Source: Chrysomallon squamiferum
Taxonomy: Eukaryota; Animalia; Mollusca
Direction of reading: 5' to 3'
NCBI GenBank assembly: GCA_012295275.1
Contig: CM022677.1
Coordinates: 21,886,001-21,950,000 of the forward strand
Length of the DNA stretch: 64,000 nt
Part shown: positions 1-14,085 of the stretch, one piece after another
Layout of the letters: each line of letters starts with the position of its first letter
Position numbering within the stretch: the stretch's first letter is position 1
The notes under the pieces: model-generated
Seen by the model: only the letters and a program-made list of their open reading frames with translations
Told to the model about the DNA's origin: nothing
Databases searched by the model: none
Position numbers and translations under genes: made by a program

Positions 1-839
1 AGAAATATGCAAACAAATGTTAAATAACTCACAAAAAACATTTTTCCATCGACAACTTATCTACGCCGACAGTGGACGAGTCCACTTTGACAAGCTACAC
101 AAACGCAAATTCTGAAAAGTCTGTCAAAGAAAACTAATGGTCACATTTTATTTTAAAGTTTGCTACAGGAAGCCGAATATCATGCTGCATCAGATTTGAA
201 TGAAATTACCAATGTAAATGATAGCGTTTGTACGAATCAGCCTTGTTTTAAATGATCTAGGTCAGACAACACTAGCCATAGGTTGCTGACAGATACAGTA
301 ATATGGCTGTCACTATAAAAACCGATCATCTAAGAAATTAGATGCTGCATCGGATGGAAATAATTATTTATATCGGTTCTAGAAATATTCAGAAAAAGTG
401 TCATATCTTACTTACCAGAAAATATTTGACGATGACAACGATTTTTTAAAGATAATCCAGAGGGAAATCACCGCGGATACCCCACAGAAACTGATTCTAT
501 TTGGGTCTATTCGACGTCATTTTCCGTGAGCCAATCAACATTCGGTATTCATTTTGAACGTCATTGCGGGAAACACTGAGTAAACATAGGCGAGTGTTTT
601 GTAGTGATCTCCCTTAGATCGAGGTATCGATTTTTCTAACATGGTATATGTCTCGTACACAACGTGATTTTTCGAGATTACTCTGTTTCCCCTTTGACCT
701 TTCTAAGTAAGAACTCAAATAAATAAAAAGTTAAAATGTATTAAATCGTTTAAATAACTATAATGAATTTTATTTTTTTCTATTACTTCTAAAACTCTGT
801 ATATCTGTATTTCCTTTACAGAACATTTTATTTACGTCA

Positions 840-893
<54 letters not shown>

Positions 894-1479
894 TATGTTG
901 TAGTGGTTGTTGTAGTATATACGTAGTTGCAATAGAATGAGAGTTTTCAAACAGAAGCTAATAAAATAGTCTCAGTTATTTGATGTGTGCACGATATTTA
1001 GGGGTAGACATTGATTTCTCTTATAAAACCCCAAATGTTTCTAAAAACTGGTGCTTAAAAATACTGAAATGTTTGTCGAGATAAAAATCGATATGTAACA
1101 CTAAGTCACAATTTATGTAATATTATCTATTATATTTTCACTGTTGGCAAGTTAATTCTGATTATAATGACGTGATATGTTTAATTAGAATTTTCTTCGC
1201 ACTACCTAGAAATATACCGTTTATTTAATAAATTACTGCAGATCTGTAAAAAGGAAAAATTAAATTTTATTTATTTTATTTTTTATTTATTTTACTTTTA
1301 GTTTTATTGTGAAATAAAAATTATATTTAATGGTTTTAATATGTTATCACTTATTTCTGCTAAATCACACATGTATATTGTTTATGAAAAGAGAAACAAA
1401 AGCAAGGAAAAATTCCATAGAAACGATTAACCAAACCAAACAAACAGCGCCCAGAGAAAAAGATAATAATAATAATAAT

Positions 1480-1536
<57 letters not shown>

Positions 1537-1574
1537 AATAATAATAATACCGGACGTTCTTTTTGAGTGCTATT

Positions 1575-1607
<33 letters not shown>

Positions 1608-1939
1608 TTTTATTATTTATTAATGTATGTCTTTATTTATTTATTTTTTTATTATTATTATTATTTTTTTTTTATTATTATTATTCTTTTATTTTATTTT
1701 TTTTTATTTATTTTTTTATTTTTTTTATTTTTTATTTTTTTTTTCTTTAATTGTTTGTTTGTTATTTTGAATTGATTTGTTTTCACTCTTACTCAGTTTT
1801 TATTTTGATAGATTTGCCAGTGTGACCCGGGGCCATCTTACCAGTATTATGGACCCCGCGGGCACAGAAATGTACCCTGAAAACTCCACCCAACCCCGAA
1901 AAATGTGCTAACATCAAACCATATCGTATATGTGCACTG

Positions 1940-2008
1940 CAGGGGCGTAGGCCAAAGGTGCCCCCGGGCAGGGCTACACCCAAATTTCCCGTGCTTCATA
2001 CGCCCTTG
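1940..2008. mobile_element. Tiny MITE-like remnant with hAT-like terminal inverted repeats
   Basis: CAGGGGCGTAG (1940) and CATACGCCCTTG (ends 2008) form an imperfect inverted pair (9/11) within a GC-rich island in AT-rich DNA. No clear target-site duplication. Confidence 0.35.
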
Positions 2009-2206
2009 CCGTCATTATATTCCTTTGTGTGGCGGGGAGAAATGAAAAAATATATAAATAAAATTAAATCTAGAAACTTGAATATGTATGAATGATTACG
2101 TGAACGAGTGAATGAATGTTGAATCATCCTATGGAATACAAAATGGTAGCTACTGAGAAACTCTTTTTTTTCTTCTTTTTTTTTTGTTACTCTTCTGTTT
2201 AGTGTT

Positions 2207-2288
<82 letters not shown>

Positions 2289-3032
2289 ACAATGATGATG
2301 ATGATAAACAAACACGAAATATTTGCCACTATTATATATACTCTGTATATACGGTTTTTTTTGTCTGAATGTTTCTGTGAAATTATCGGTAAGTTACAAA
2401 GAATAACACTATTTTAAACACTTGTTGTTATTGTTGTTGTTGTTGTTATTGTTGTTGTTATTATTGTTATTATTATTGCTAATATTATTACTGTTACTAT
2501 TGTTATGTTATATCTTTCATTATTGTTATGTTGCTGTTGTTGTTAATAATGAGTCGCAATGATTTTGGCAGTTCAAGACAATGCAGAGGTCACTTTTAGT
2601 TTTCATACGAACAGGTTAGGTAACTCACGTAGCCTTTGAAATCAATTTAAATTGCGTCCCTTTACATCATTATTCTTTATCATTCGTATTATTAGTTTTG
2701 GTTAAATTAAATTTTATTAATACAACTACAACTATACAATTACTATTTCTACTACTACTACTACTGCTATTACTACTACTACTACTACGACGACGACTTC
2801 TGATACTGTTATTAACACTTGTTCCTATTATTATAATTACTATTATTACTAATACTGATACAGCAATCTTTACTGGTATTATTGGTGTATTACTGTGATC
2901 AGTACTATTAATGCTTATTATCTATTACTGCTGTTGTTATTATTACTATTAGATTAGTACTATTATTACTAGTAGTAGTAGAAATAGAAACAAAAAATAG
3001 AAGAGTGTGATTGTAGTAGTAGTAGTAGTAGC

Positions 3033-3077
<45 letters not shown>

Positions 3078-3245
3078 CGTAGTAGTAGTAGTAGTAAGAA
3101 TAGGTGTATTATCACATTAATTTGCTACACTGTTCTCTCTTTCTCTCTCTCTCTGTCTGTCTCTGTCTCTGTCTCTCTCTCCATCTGTCTATCTATTTCT
3201 TTCTTTAGAAGACATAACACAAAATCTAAAAATGATTCCATTTTA

Positions 3246-3319
<74 letters not shown>

Positions 3320-3449
3320 CCCTCTCTCCTCCCTCCCTCCCTCCGATACGTCCTTCTTACATATTTTAATCTGTGCTTATCTTTCTTCTTCTTCTTCTTC
3401 TCGCCTGAAAAATATCCGTCAGCTAGAATTTAATCAATAACCAAACATT

Positions 3450-3789
3450 TGACTTTCCCCCTCAAAATACCCCGGCAGACGACCGCTCAGTCGATCGATA
3501 CCGAGTAGCAGTTTTCAGCGAAACACCACAGCGCCTCCTGCGACCAATTTCGTCCTCATTTTCGTTCGTTTCCTAGCAACGACGTCTGCTCCTCGTGGAA
3601 ATGGACAAATTTTCATAATCTCAAGGCCTCGCTTTTTTTTTTTTACGACGTTTGAAAAACTGCTCCGAAGAGGATGTCGGGAAAGCTATTGAGTGGTGTT
3701 GTTGTTGTTGTTGTTTGCTGTTGTTGTTTGTTTTCGATCTTCGGAATCTAGCGTGTGGTTGGGATTTGGAGCAATGGCAAGAGACTAAA
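3450..3789 (+). promoter_or_regulatory. Probable promoter and non-coding first exon of the + strand fucosyltransferase
   Basis: CpG-rich unique island with X-box GTTTCCTAGCAAC (3568-3580) and donor AAA|GTGAGT at 3790. A matching acceptor TTTTTAAACAG lies at 5999, just upstream of the CDS. Confidence 0.45.
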
Positions 3790-3860
3790 GTGAGTAAAAA
3801 AATGATGTTTTGTTTTTGTTTTAATTTGTTTACTAAAATGAGTGCATGTGTACAAAATGC

Positions 3861-3931
<71 letters not shown>

Positions 3932-4130
3932 TCTCTCTCTCTCTCTCGCTATTATTAAGTGACTTGAGAGAGACAGAAGGATAAAATACACAGTTAATTA
4001 TATCGAGGGTTTACAATCAGATTATTGGACTGTGTATTAAGTATCAGGAGTCAGATGTACAAATATTGAATTAAGCTTTTATGAATCATATAAAAACACT
4101 CCTTACATTCAGTTATTGAACTAGTTTAAA

Positions 4131-4189
<59 letters not shown>

Positions 4190-4563
4190 TGTGTGTGTAC
4201 ATACATACATACATACAGACATGACATACGAACATACATGCAGACAGAAATATTAAAAACAGTTGGACTGATGGATGGATGGATGGATGGATGGATGGAC
4301 AGAAAGGCAAACAGACGACAGACATACAGAGACAGAGAGAGAGAAAGACAGATTGACAGGCAGATAGACAGAACAGAACAAAAAATATTCAGACAGATAC
4401 GTAGATAAAGGGGAGAAAAACAGAAAGAAAGAAACAGAGAGAAAAAGACAGAGACAACAGAGATATGGGGATAGGGAGGACAAAGAGAGAGAGGAAAGAA
4501 ATAGAGACAGAAAGAAAGAAGCAGAGAGAGAGAGAGGAAAGAAATAGAGACAGAAAGAAAGAA

Positions 4564-4630
<67 letters not shown>

Positions 4631-4683
4631 ACAGTGTTACAAAAACTCGCTTTAGCTTGTCTCGGCTTTTCCGTCGATCTCTG

Positions 4684-4743
4684 ATGACGTCGTTCTCGAG
4701 TCGCCGCGGGCGGGGGGGGAGGACTGCCGACAGCTTATAAATA
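4684..4743 (+). promoter_or_regulatory. Candidate alternative core promoter (CRE-like site, GC box, TATA)
   Basis: TGACGTCG near 4685, GGGCGGGG 4708-4715 and TATAAATA 4736-4743 occur in canonical order. Confidence 0.35.
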
Positions 4744-5139
4744 GATTTCTAAAAATAACTCATTTTTTTGATGATGTTCTGCAGACATCTCCACGAACTC
4801 CTCGCTTTATTCAAGTTTTATTAAATCGCGTGCATCTCCAAATACTCTTGAGAAAAAAAAGTGTAAAATTTCGCTTACTTACAAAGTAGTCATCCAAGTA
4901 AACTTAGCATTCGCATTCGATAGATGGTTTATTTAACTTTATGTCTGACATAGTTCAGGGAAATCTGTAATTGAGAACATGGCTGGTTCGATTGCGAACG
5001 ATGTTGAACGTAACGTTGTTGTTGTGGTATTGGACGTCGCTGTTTTAGTTGTTGTTGATGTTTCCTTTGGCTAAAATTAGATAAAAACGGTTTATATTTC
5101 TCTTTTATACATTTTTAAGGAGATGTAGGACTTTTTTGT

Positions 5140-5174
<35 letters not shown>

Positions 5175-5814
5175 CTGGAATCACAGTATAGACATAATAA
5201 AACAAAAAAAAAAAAAAAAAACTGGTACATTTTTCAACATCTGAAGTTGACTAACTCCAATTTTCAAGATATTTCGAACATTTTCGTCTCATTTTGTAAG
5301 TTTTTTTTTTTTTTCCGAGGCTCCATTCAATGAAACAGGACTGTTTCTGGTATCTTAGAGCTGATTTTAAAAAAAAAATTTGTTTGATGTTGATTTTTTT
5401 TTTTTTTTTGTTTTTGTTTGTAACTTACCTTGTCAATCTCTTATTTATTAGCAAAACGAGCTATCGAAATCTGTACTCAGAAGCTACCATTGATTAATCT
5501 AATGACATCGAATAGTCACAGATTGTCACCATGGCAATTAATGTCCTGGATGTAACGTCATTAACACACATACGTACGTACGGTCTGAGCAGATGTCACC
5601 AGAATCGAATTCTTTGACAGATTAGCGACTTTGTAGAAATAAATTTTGTCTTTATTACACGTAATAAATATTGTACTCAGACAATGCTTTGCCCACAAAG
5701 GGTCGCACGTTTGTGCTATATAAGTTATAAAAGTTCTGGTAATAAACAGACAGGCGCAAATATGTGAATGTGACTTTCATATTTATGTGCGTACATGTAG
5801 CGGCTTCACTGTAT

Positions 5815-5860
<46 letters not shown>

Positions 5861-6111
5861 GTGTGTGTGTTTTATTACTCTGTACATCTGTCTCATATTG
5901 TGTATGTATATAAAAAAAAAAAAAAAAATATTAGAAGTTTGAATTTACTTTATTTGCGTTTATATATTTCTAACAAAATATTGCTTTCTTTTTAAACAGA
6001 TTGCAGTCAAGGAATAAGAAACGAGAATATCGAAGACGATGTGTTTCCTCACTGCTTTTCTAAAATTCTCACTTTTCTGAATTCGCTGGATTATGATTTT
6101 TGATATCGGAA

Positions 6112-7326
6112 ATGCCTTACTTCCGGTGGAAAAGGAAGTTACTGTTGCTAAGCACCGCGGCGATGCTCTTCACAGTTTTCATCCAAATGAAAATTCACGA
6201 CAGCTCCGGTTTACAGGGAAATAACTCTTTGTCGGAAATTGAAAGATTTCTGAGAACAATTTCCACAACTGCCCCTCGAAGAATAACCGGGAAAAAGCGA
6301 GTAAAGGCATCCGACTTCGTGACGGCGAACGACCGCGCGAAAATGCACGGAGTTTTACGAAGATTTACGACGGCTTACGATAATGACCGAACAGTCGCTC
6401 ACACGGACCAAATCACGAAAGTCAGCGAAACTAGACACGACTCGAATAACGGCAAAGGAAACAGTTTAAATTCAGAAAAGTTCGGCGCTCGAGAAAGCGC
6501 CACCCAGTCAGAAACACTCTCTTCCCACATTCAGCCGAAACAAAAGACAATGACCGTAAAAATCAAAGGTCGCCTCGGCAACAACATCTTCCAGCTCGGT
6601 GCTCTTATAGGCGTTTCCAGTTACCATGGTTACCAGCCGCACTTCCCGACAACGCACAACCTGCGCAGTATCTTCCAGATTAGCCTTCCTGTGGCGCTTC
6701 CTGCCCGGAACACCTCGCTGTTCAAGGAAATGCATCCTGGGACGTTCGACCCGGAGGTGCTTCGCCTGAGACACGACGTAAACTGGACGCTCGTCGGGTT
6801 TTACCAGTCGTGGAAGTACTTCTTGAATTCCTCCTCGGAAGTGAGAGCACAGCTGCGGTTCAAGCCGAGAATTCAGCGCGTGGCGGAACGGAGTCTCCCG
6901 CCGTTTGTGTTCAACAGAACGACGGTGGGCGTGCACGTGCGCAGGGGGGACATGAAAGACAAGCACCAGTTAGAACGAGGCTACGCAATAGCCGATGAAA
7001 GCTATCTGAGAACCGCTATGCAGTATTACAGAGACAAGTACCGAGACGTCGTCTTCGTGGTCTGTTCAGACGACATCGACTGGTGTCGCGGCAAACTCAG
7101 CTCCAACGACACCGTCTTCGTTCACGTGACCGCCGAGGTTGACCTGGCTGTGCTGGCGGGCTGCACCCACAGCATCATCACGACGGGCACGTTCGGGTGG
7201 TGGGGGGCGTTCCTGGCTGGCGGGGAGACCGTTTACTACAAGAACTATCCGCGAAAACATTCCTGGTTAGGTGACCAATACGCATACGAAGATTACTACC
7301 TTCCTCACTGGAGAGGTTTCACGTGA
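6112..7326 (+). CDS. Galactoside alpha-1,2-L-fucosyltransferase (GT11, FUT1/FUT2-like), paralog A, 404 aa
   Basis: Type II membrane N-terminus (MPYFRWKRKLLLLSTAAMLFTVFIQ), a stem, and GT11 motifs GRLGN, YQSWKYF, VGVHVRRGD, FVVCSDD and SIITTGTFGWWGAFL. The ATG at 6112 aligns with the paralog start. Single coding exon; AATAAA at 7356. Confidence 0.95.
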   Translation: MPYFRWKRKLLLLSTAAMLFTVFIQMKIHDSSGLQGNNSLSEIERFLRTISTTAPRRITGKKRVKASDFVTANDRAKMHGVLRRFTTAYDNDRTVAHTDQITKVSETRHDSNNGKGNSLNSEKFGARESATQSETLSSHIQPKQKTMTVKIKGRLGNNIFQLGALIGVSSYHGYQPHFPTTHNLRSIFQISLPVALPARNTSLFKEMHPGTFDPEVLRLRHDVNWTLVGFYQSWKYFLNSSSEVRAQLRFKPRIQRVAERSLPPFVFNRTTVGVHVRRGDMKDKHQLERGYAIADESYLRTAMQYYRDKYRDVVFVVCSDDIDWCRGKLSSNDTVFVHVTAEVDLAVLAGCTHSIITTGTFGWWGAFLAGGETVYYKNYPRKHSWLGDQYAYEDYYLPHWRGFT

Positions 7327-7696
7327 CTCAGTCTGATTGGCATTTTTGTAATGTCAATAAAAAAGGCCCTGCTTTTTTTAATATCTTTAAATGTTTTTTT
7401 GTTGTTATTGTTGTTGTTGTTGTTGCTATGATTTTTGTTGTTTTGGTGTTGTTATTAACTTTTTAATTATTTTTTATTATTAACATTATTGAAAGAGAGA
7501 GAAATACAGAGTCAGATAAAGACAGAGAAAGAAAGAGAAAAACAGAGACAAAGACAGAGACGAAGATGGAACGAGGTAGAGACAAAAAGAGAGACGGACA
7601 GAGCCAGAGAGAGAGAGAGAGAGACAGAAACAGAGAGAGGCAGAAAGAGGGGGAAATAAAGAAAGAGTTGAAAGAAAGAGAGAGACACAGAGACAC

Positions 7697-7815
<119 letters not shown>

Positions 7816-8159
7816 GAGAGAGAGAGAGATCATTATATCGATATTTCACAGCAAAGTTATTGTATACTGTATTATATATCATGTGTCAGCTGTGCAGGTA
7901 TTGATTTGAGCTTTTATAAATCACACACTGTAAACAGTTATTGAATCATTCATTTTACGGCGTTATTAAATAGAAAGGGAGGTAATTCAATAGCGTTAGA
8001 AAAAAAGTTAAGAGCACGTCGTAAATGGATCAGCAACAGTTCGTTAACTTCTGCTACGCTTCAAGCTTCGTATGAAGCCAGTCAGTCTATTGTTAGAGAC
8101 TCGTTCTTGTTGACTAACGCAGCAAGAATAATGATTAAACGTCACCAGTTTATACGTAA

Positions 8160-8375
<216 letters not shown>

Positions 8376-8459
8376 AAGAGCAAGAATGAAAACTTCAAAA
8401 ATAAAGAATAAATTTTATGTTAACAGTAAGAATGCTATGATAGACTCAAAGACGGACAC

Positions 8460-9340
8460 ACAAACTGACACACATATACAAACAAACTCACAAGTATACG
8501 CATATACAGACACACACATATACTAACAAACTCACAAGTATACGCATATACAGACACACACATATTTCTTAGTTGAAGCACGCAAACACACGACACTACC
8601 TCACATTGCAGATATAAACACATACACACACTAATACATACACACACATACACACACTCATACATACACACACTAATACATACACACACTCATACATACA
8701 CACACTCATATATATACACACTCATATATACACACACATACACTAATACATACACACACTCATAAATACACACACTCATACACACACTCATACATACACT
8801 CATACATACACACACTCATACACACACTCATACATACACACACTCATACACACACACTCATATATATACACACACATACACACACACTCATATATACACA
8901 CACACACATACACACACTCATACATACACACACTCATAAATACACACACTCATACACACACACACACTCACATACACACACACTCATACATACACACACA
9001 TACATACACACACTCATACATACACACACTCATACATACACACACTCATATATACACACACATACACTAATACATACACACACTCATACATATACACACA
9101 CATACACACACAAAAACACATACATACACAGACTCATACACACACACTCATACACACATACATACACACACATATATACAAACACTCATACATACACACA
9201 CTCATACACACACACTCATACACACACTCATACATACACACACTCATACATACACACACTCATACATACATACATACACACACTCATACATACACACACA
9301 CATACATACACACACTCATACATACACAAAAACATACACA
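8460..9340. repeat. CA-rich minisatellite (ACACACACTCATACAT-like units) in the spacer between the FUT genes
   Basis: Direct reading of degenerate 14-18 bp tandem units. Confidence 0.85.
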
Positions 9341-9489
9341 AACACTGAAAGACAACAACGACAACAACGACAACAACAACAACAACAACAACAATAACAA
9401 CAATAATAATAATAACACTATAAATCACAAAAGATATTAAGAAAAAGAGGACATTTTATTCTCATTACAAAAACGCCAATCAGACTGAG

Positions 9490-10875
9490 TCACGTGAAAC
9501 CTCTCCAGTAGGGAAGAAAATAGTCCGCGTGTGCGTACTGGTCACCTAACCAGGAACCTTTGCGCGGATAGTTCTTGTAGTAAACAGTCTCCCCGCCAGC
9601 CAGGAACGCCCCCCACCACCCGAACGTGCCCGTCGTGATGATGCTGTGCGTACAGCCCGCCAGCACAGCCAGGTCAACCTCGGCGGTCACGTGAACGAAG
9701 ACGGTGTCGTTGGAGCTGAGCTTGCCGCGACACCATTCGATGTCGTCGGAGCAGACTACGAAGACGGCGTGTCGGTACTTCATTCTGAAGTAGCGCATCG
9801 CCCGCGCGAGGTACTCCACGCCGGCCGTTGTGTATCCCAAGCTTGACTGGTGCTCGTCTTTCATGTCCCCCCTGCGCACGTGCACGCCCACCGTCGTTCT
9901 GTTGGCGACGAACGGCGGGAGAGACCTTTGCGCCACGCGCTGAATTCTCCGCTTGAACCGCAGCTGTGCTCTCACCTCGGAGGAGGAATTCAAGAAGTAC
10001 TTCCACGACTGGAAGTAGCCGATGAGCCTCCAGTTAAACTCGTCTCGCAGGCCAAGGACGGCCGCGTCGAACATCCCAGAATGCATTTCGTAGAACAGCT
10101 CTTCGTTTTCCGGGAAGTGGTAGAAAGGGATGTTGATTTCAAACACGTCGCGAAGCGCGTGGCCTCCCGGAAACTGCGGCTGGAAACCGTGGTAACGGGA
10201 AATCCCGATAAGAGCGGCGAGCTGGAACATGTTGTTGCCAAGGCGACCGGTGGTTTGGACTGTCATTATCTTTTTCCTTTCCTTCGAAACGACGGAAGTC
10301 GTTGTCGTTTCTGGCAGGCCTCTGGTTGTTTGCGGACAGAACTTTGTTGAATTGAAACGAATCCCACTTCCGTTCGTCCAGTCACATTTAGTTTCGTTGA
10401 TTTTCGTGGCTCCTTCGATGTCAGCGACAGTTCGGTTAACATCGTGAACCGTCGTGACGTTTCGTCGGCGATTTCCGTGCATTTTCGTATAACCATTCGC
10501 CATCGTGAGATCAGACGCCTTACCTCGCTTTTCTTCAGCCGTCCGTCGAGGAACGGTTGTTGGGAACATTTGTTGTAGAGATATTTTAGTTTTCGAAAAA
10601 GACGTGTTTACTTTCCCGTCGTTTTCGGAATCGTTCCTTCCAGCTTTTTCGCTCTCCTTCACCACGCGCATTATTCGCTTTCGTTTCCGGAGCGCGCCTA
10701 AAACATTATGAAGTTGCTTATCACGTGACGTAGAAAACCCCGATTCTTCTTCGTCCACTTGGACGAAATCACGCGACAAAATGTAGTCGTAGAATTTCTC
10801 TTGGAAGAAAACCACGAAGAGCATCGTCGCTGTGGCTAGCAACAGTAACTTCCTTTTCCGCCGGAAGTAAGACAT
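9490..10875 (-). CDS. Galactoside alpha-1,2-L-fucosyltransferase (GT11, FUT1/FUT2-like), paralog B, 461 aa
   Basis: MSYFRRKRKLLLLATATMLFVVFFQ signal-anchor, longer stem, and motifs GRLGNNMFQ, FQSWKYF, VGVHVRRGD and GTFGWWGAFL. Acceptor TTTTTTAATCAG on the minus strand at about 10954; AATAAA (minus) at 9455-9460. Confidence 0.95.
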   Translation of the reverse strand: MSYFRRKRKLLLLATATMLFVVFFQEKFYDYILSRDFVQVDEEESGFSTSRDKQLHNVLGALRKRKRIMRVVKESEKAGRNDSENDGKVNTSFSKTKISLQQMFPTTVPRRTAEEKRGKASDLTMANGYTKMHGNRRRNVTTVHDVNRTVADIEGATKINETKCDWTNGSGIRFNSTKFCPQTTRGLPETTTTSVVSKERKKIMTVQTTGRLGNNMFQLAALIGISRYHGFQPQFPGGHALRDVFEINIPFYHFPENEELFYEMHSGMFDAAVLGLRDEFNWRLIGYFQSWKYFLNSSSEVRAQLRFKRRIQRVAQRSLPPFVANRTTVGVHVRRGDMKDEHQSSLGYTTAGVEYLARAMRYFRMKYRHAVFVVCSDDIEWCRGKLSSNDTVFVHVTAEVDLAVLAGCTHSIITTGTFGWWGAFLAGGETVYYKNYPRKGSWLGDQYAHADYFLPYWRGFT

Positions 10876-11437
10876 TCCCGAATGTCAGAAAAGCAGAAAG
10901 GAAAACATCTTTGGTTTGGTTCCGGTTCGCTGATGGTGAATTAGAAAATCATTCTGATTAAAAAAGAAATATATATATATATATATATTATTTTGTTTAC
11001 AATAAATATCCTATATTTGAAATAACTTGAACACTATTATATATTCGTTTCCATATTACACATATCCATAAATATAATGTGTGTATATGTGTATGTATGT
11101 CTGTATGTATATGTATATATATCTATATATAAAAATGTTTACAAATATGTTATAAATGTATATGTGTGTGCGTGTGTTTTAGTCTATGAGTATGTATTTA
11201 TGTGTGTATTGGTGTATATTTCTGTATATGTATATGCATCTATACGTGTTTGAGTACGAGTGTGTGTATGCGCGCGCGCGCACGCGCGCATTTCTTTATC
11301 TTTAAGAAACGCTTTCTTTAACTTACTGATTTGATGACAATACAAAATGAGATCTACACCGCATCTAACATTAGTGACGTCATGTGACGTCATCAGCTTT
11401 ATGAATGATGGCTTCTGGGTTCACCTTTCAAAACACA

Positions 11438-11536
<99 letters not shown>

Positions 11537-11890
11537 GCTGTATATGTCTCTTTCGCACTATACTCATCTGTTTTTTCTTGTATTTCTTTTTACGTATCTG
11601 ACTATACTGATTGTTTTCTTTGTCTGTATATATATTATATCGATCTCTCTCTGAATGCATTTTCGACGTATGTGTTTGTATATATATGTATATGCCTTTG
11701 TATATATGTGTGTGTATGTATGTATCATAATGTGCGCATGTTTGTGTGTATGTGTGTATGTATGTGTGTGTGTGTATGTATGTATGTATGTACGTACGTA
11801 TATAATAAGCCTTTTTAATCTAACCAAGAAATAATAACGGTGATAGAGCGGAGTAAAAAAACAAAACAAGAAGAGAGAGAGAGGAAATGC

Positions 11891-11972
<82 letters not shown>

Positions 11973-11997
11973 GAGGGAGAAAGAGAGTTGAAGACAC

Positions 11998-12101
<104 letters not shown>

Positions 12102-13209
12102 AATTATTTAAATACTTAGAAAAATGTAAAATATACTAATAGTCATGATATTTAAATTACATTAATTATATTTTATCACGTCATCACTCTCATCACGTAA
12201 TCATTTCTAGATAAATTTATATTACGTCATCAACATGTAGTTGGTCTTCGTCTGCTTTTTAACAATATTTCTTGAGAAAATCATACAGTTTAACGAAAAA
12301 GTAAGCATTCATATTATTATTTTATTTTATCATTATTATTATATTTTTAAAGCAACATTATAATATCATTTAGCTGTTTTATATCTCTTTGACATGTTTT
12401 AAGAAAACATTATTTAGACATTTTGGTTTGAAAAGGCACCTGATTAGAATGTAATGAGAAATGTTTGTCTTTTCGTACTTGAAGTAAATAATATGTTGTG
12501 ATATGTGCTACTGGTAGTCGAATTTAGATAATAATAATAATAATAATAATAACTGACTAAATGAATGAATGAATACATAAATAAACAAATAAAGAATCTA
12601 TATTTCAGTGTCTCGATTTCGAAAAAAAAAAAAACCCAACGTAAATCTGTATCTATTTCAGTATTTCCCAATATAGATACTATAAATCTCATTGTCTGAA
12701 TATTTGTAAGTTTGTGGGGATATGTAAGTGAGTCTAGATGCGTGTGTGCGCGTGTGTTTGTGCGTATGTCGTGCGTATAGAAGGCTTTTTTTCTAGAGGG
12801 ATGCAAAAAATATTTACCAGTTTGAACTTTGACCTAATATAAAGCTTTTGCATAACTAAAATGAGTCGTTGTGATCACCGCATTTAGTAGATTAATATCA
12901 TTACTATTTATTCATTCATTCATTCATTCACTCATTCATTTACTTTCAATGAAGTTGTATAGTTTCGAGATTCACCGATCTGCAGCAGTAGCAGTTGTAG
13001 TAATTGTAGTAACAACTGTAATTGTAATAGTAGTAGTTGCTGTTGTTGAAAAAATAATAAGAAGAAATACCGCTATACAGAAAACAGCAGTTTGAGCATA
13101 ACAATAGTAATTTATTTATTTATTTGTGTATTTATTTTATTTTATTTTATTTTATTTTATTTTATTTTATTTATCTGTTTATTTATTTATTTATTTATTT
13201 TATTTTATT

Positions 13210-13284
<75 letters not shown>

Positions 13285-13379
13285 TTTGTGTATTTATTTT
13301 ATTTATAAATAAAGAATTGAAGAAATAGTTAAAGACATTTATTAATTAATAAATAAATAAAACAAAACCTGAAGTATCA

Positions 13380-14040
13380 TTACTAACCTTTATCACTAAC
13401 ATTCTAACAAGTTTACAAGTTAACCTGAAACTGCTCAACTGCTAGACTGGGTTTTTTAAAAGTGTTATAACTAACTTGCCAGGCTGTGTTTAAATTATTA
13501 CTACTAACTATCTAACTCGCTAACCTAACATTATTATTAACTTTTTAAATGATAACCTAACATTATTATTAACTTTTTAACATATTAAGCTAAAATTTTT
13601 AAATGATAACCTAACATTATTATTAACTTTTTAACTTTTTAACATGACTTTTTAACATGCTAAGCTAACATAACTTTTTAACATGATAAGCTAACATTTT
13701 TACTAACTTTTTAACATGATAAGCTAGCATTATTATTAACTTTTTATCTTGGTAACCTAAAATTATTATTAATTTTTAAAATATGATAACCTAACATTGT
13801 TAAACTGCTAGACTAGTGGTTTAAAAATATTATTATTAACTTGTAACCGCTAACTATCTAACATTCTAACCTTACATTGTTAAACTGCTAGCTATTTGTC
13901 CAAAACTGTTATCATTACTAACTTCAAAATACTAACAATCTAACACAATAACCTACCATTGCTAGACTCTGTTCTAAACTATTATCAGTAACTCATTTTT
14001 TACATAACAACCTGACGTAACAAGGCTGTGTTCAAAAAGC
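13380..14040. repeat. Degenerate minisatellite of about 30 bp (TAACCTAACATTATTATTAACTTTTTAA-like)
   Basis: Repeated taacctaacattattattaac / ctgctagact units. Confidence 0.75.
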
Positions 14041-14085
14041 ACTATTACTAACACACTAACACGGTAACCTGTTATAGACACTTAC

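Noticed and set aside
1-360. Coding-like unique sequence at the window start
   Set aside because: Stops occur in the frames examined and no motif is recognisable; at most a decayed TE fragment.
6508-7260. Antisense and alternative-frame ORFs over the FUT genes (also 9646-10711) and the ankyrin exons
   Set aside because: They are shadows of GC-rich codon usage, and their similarity between loci only reflects paralogy.
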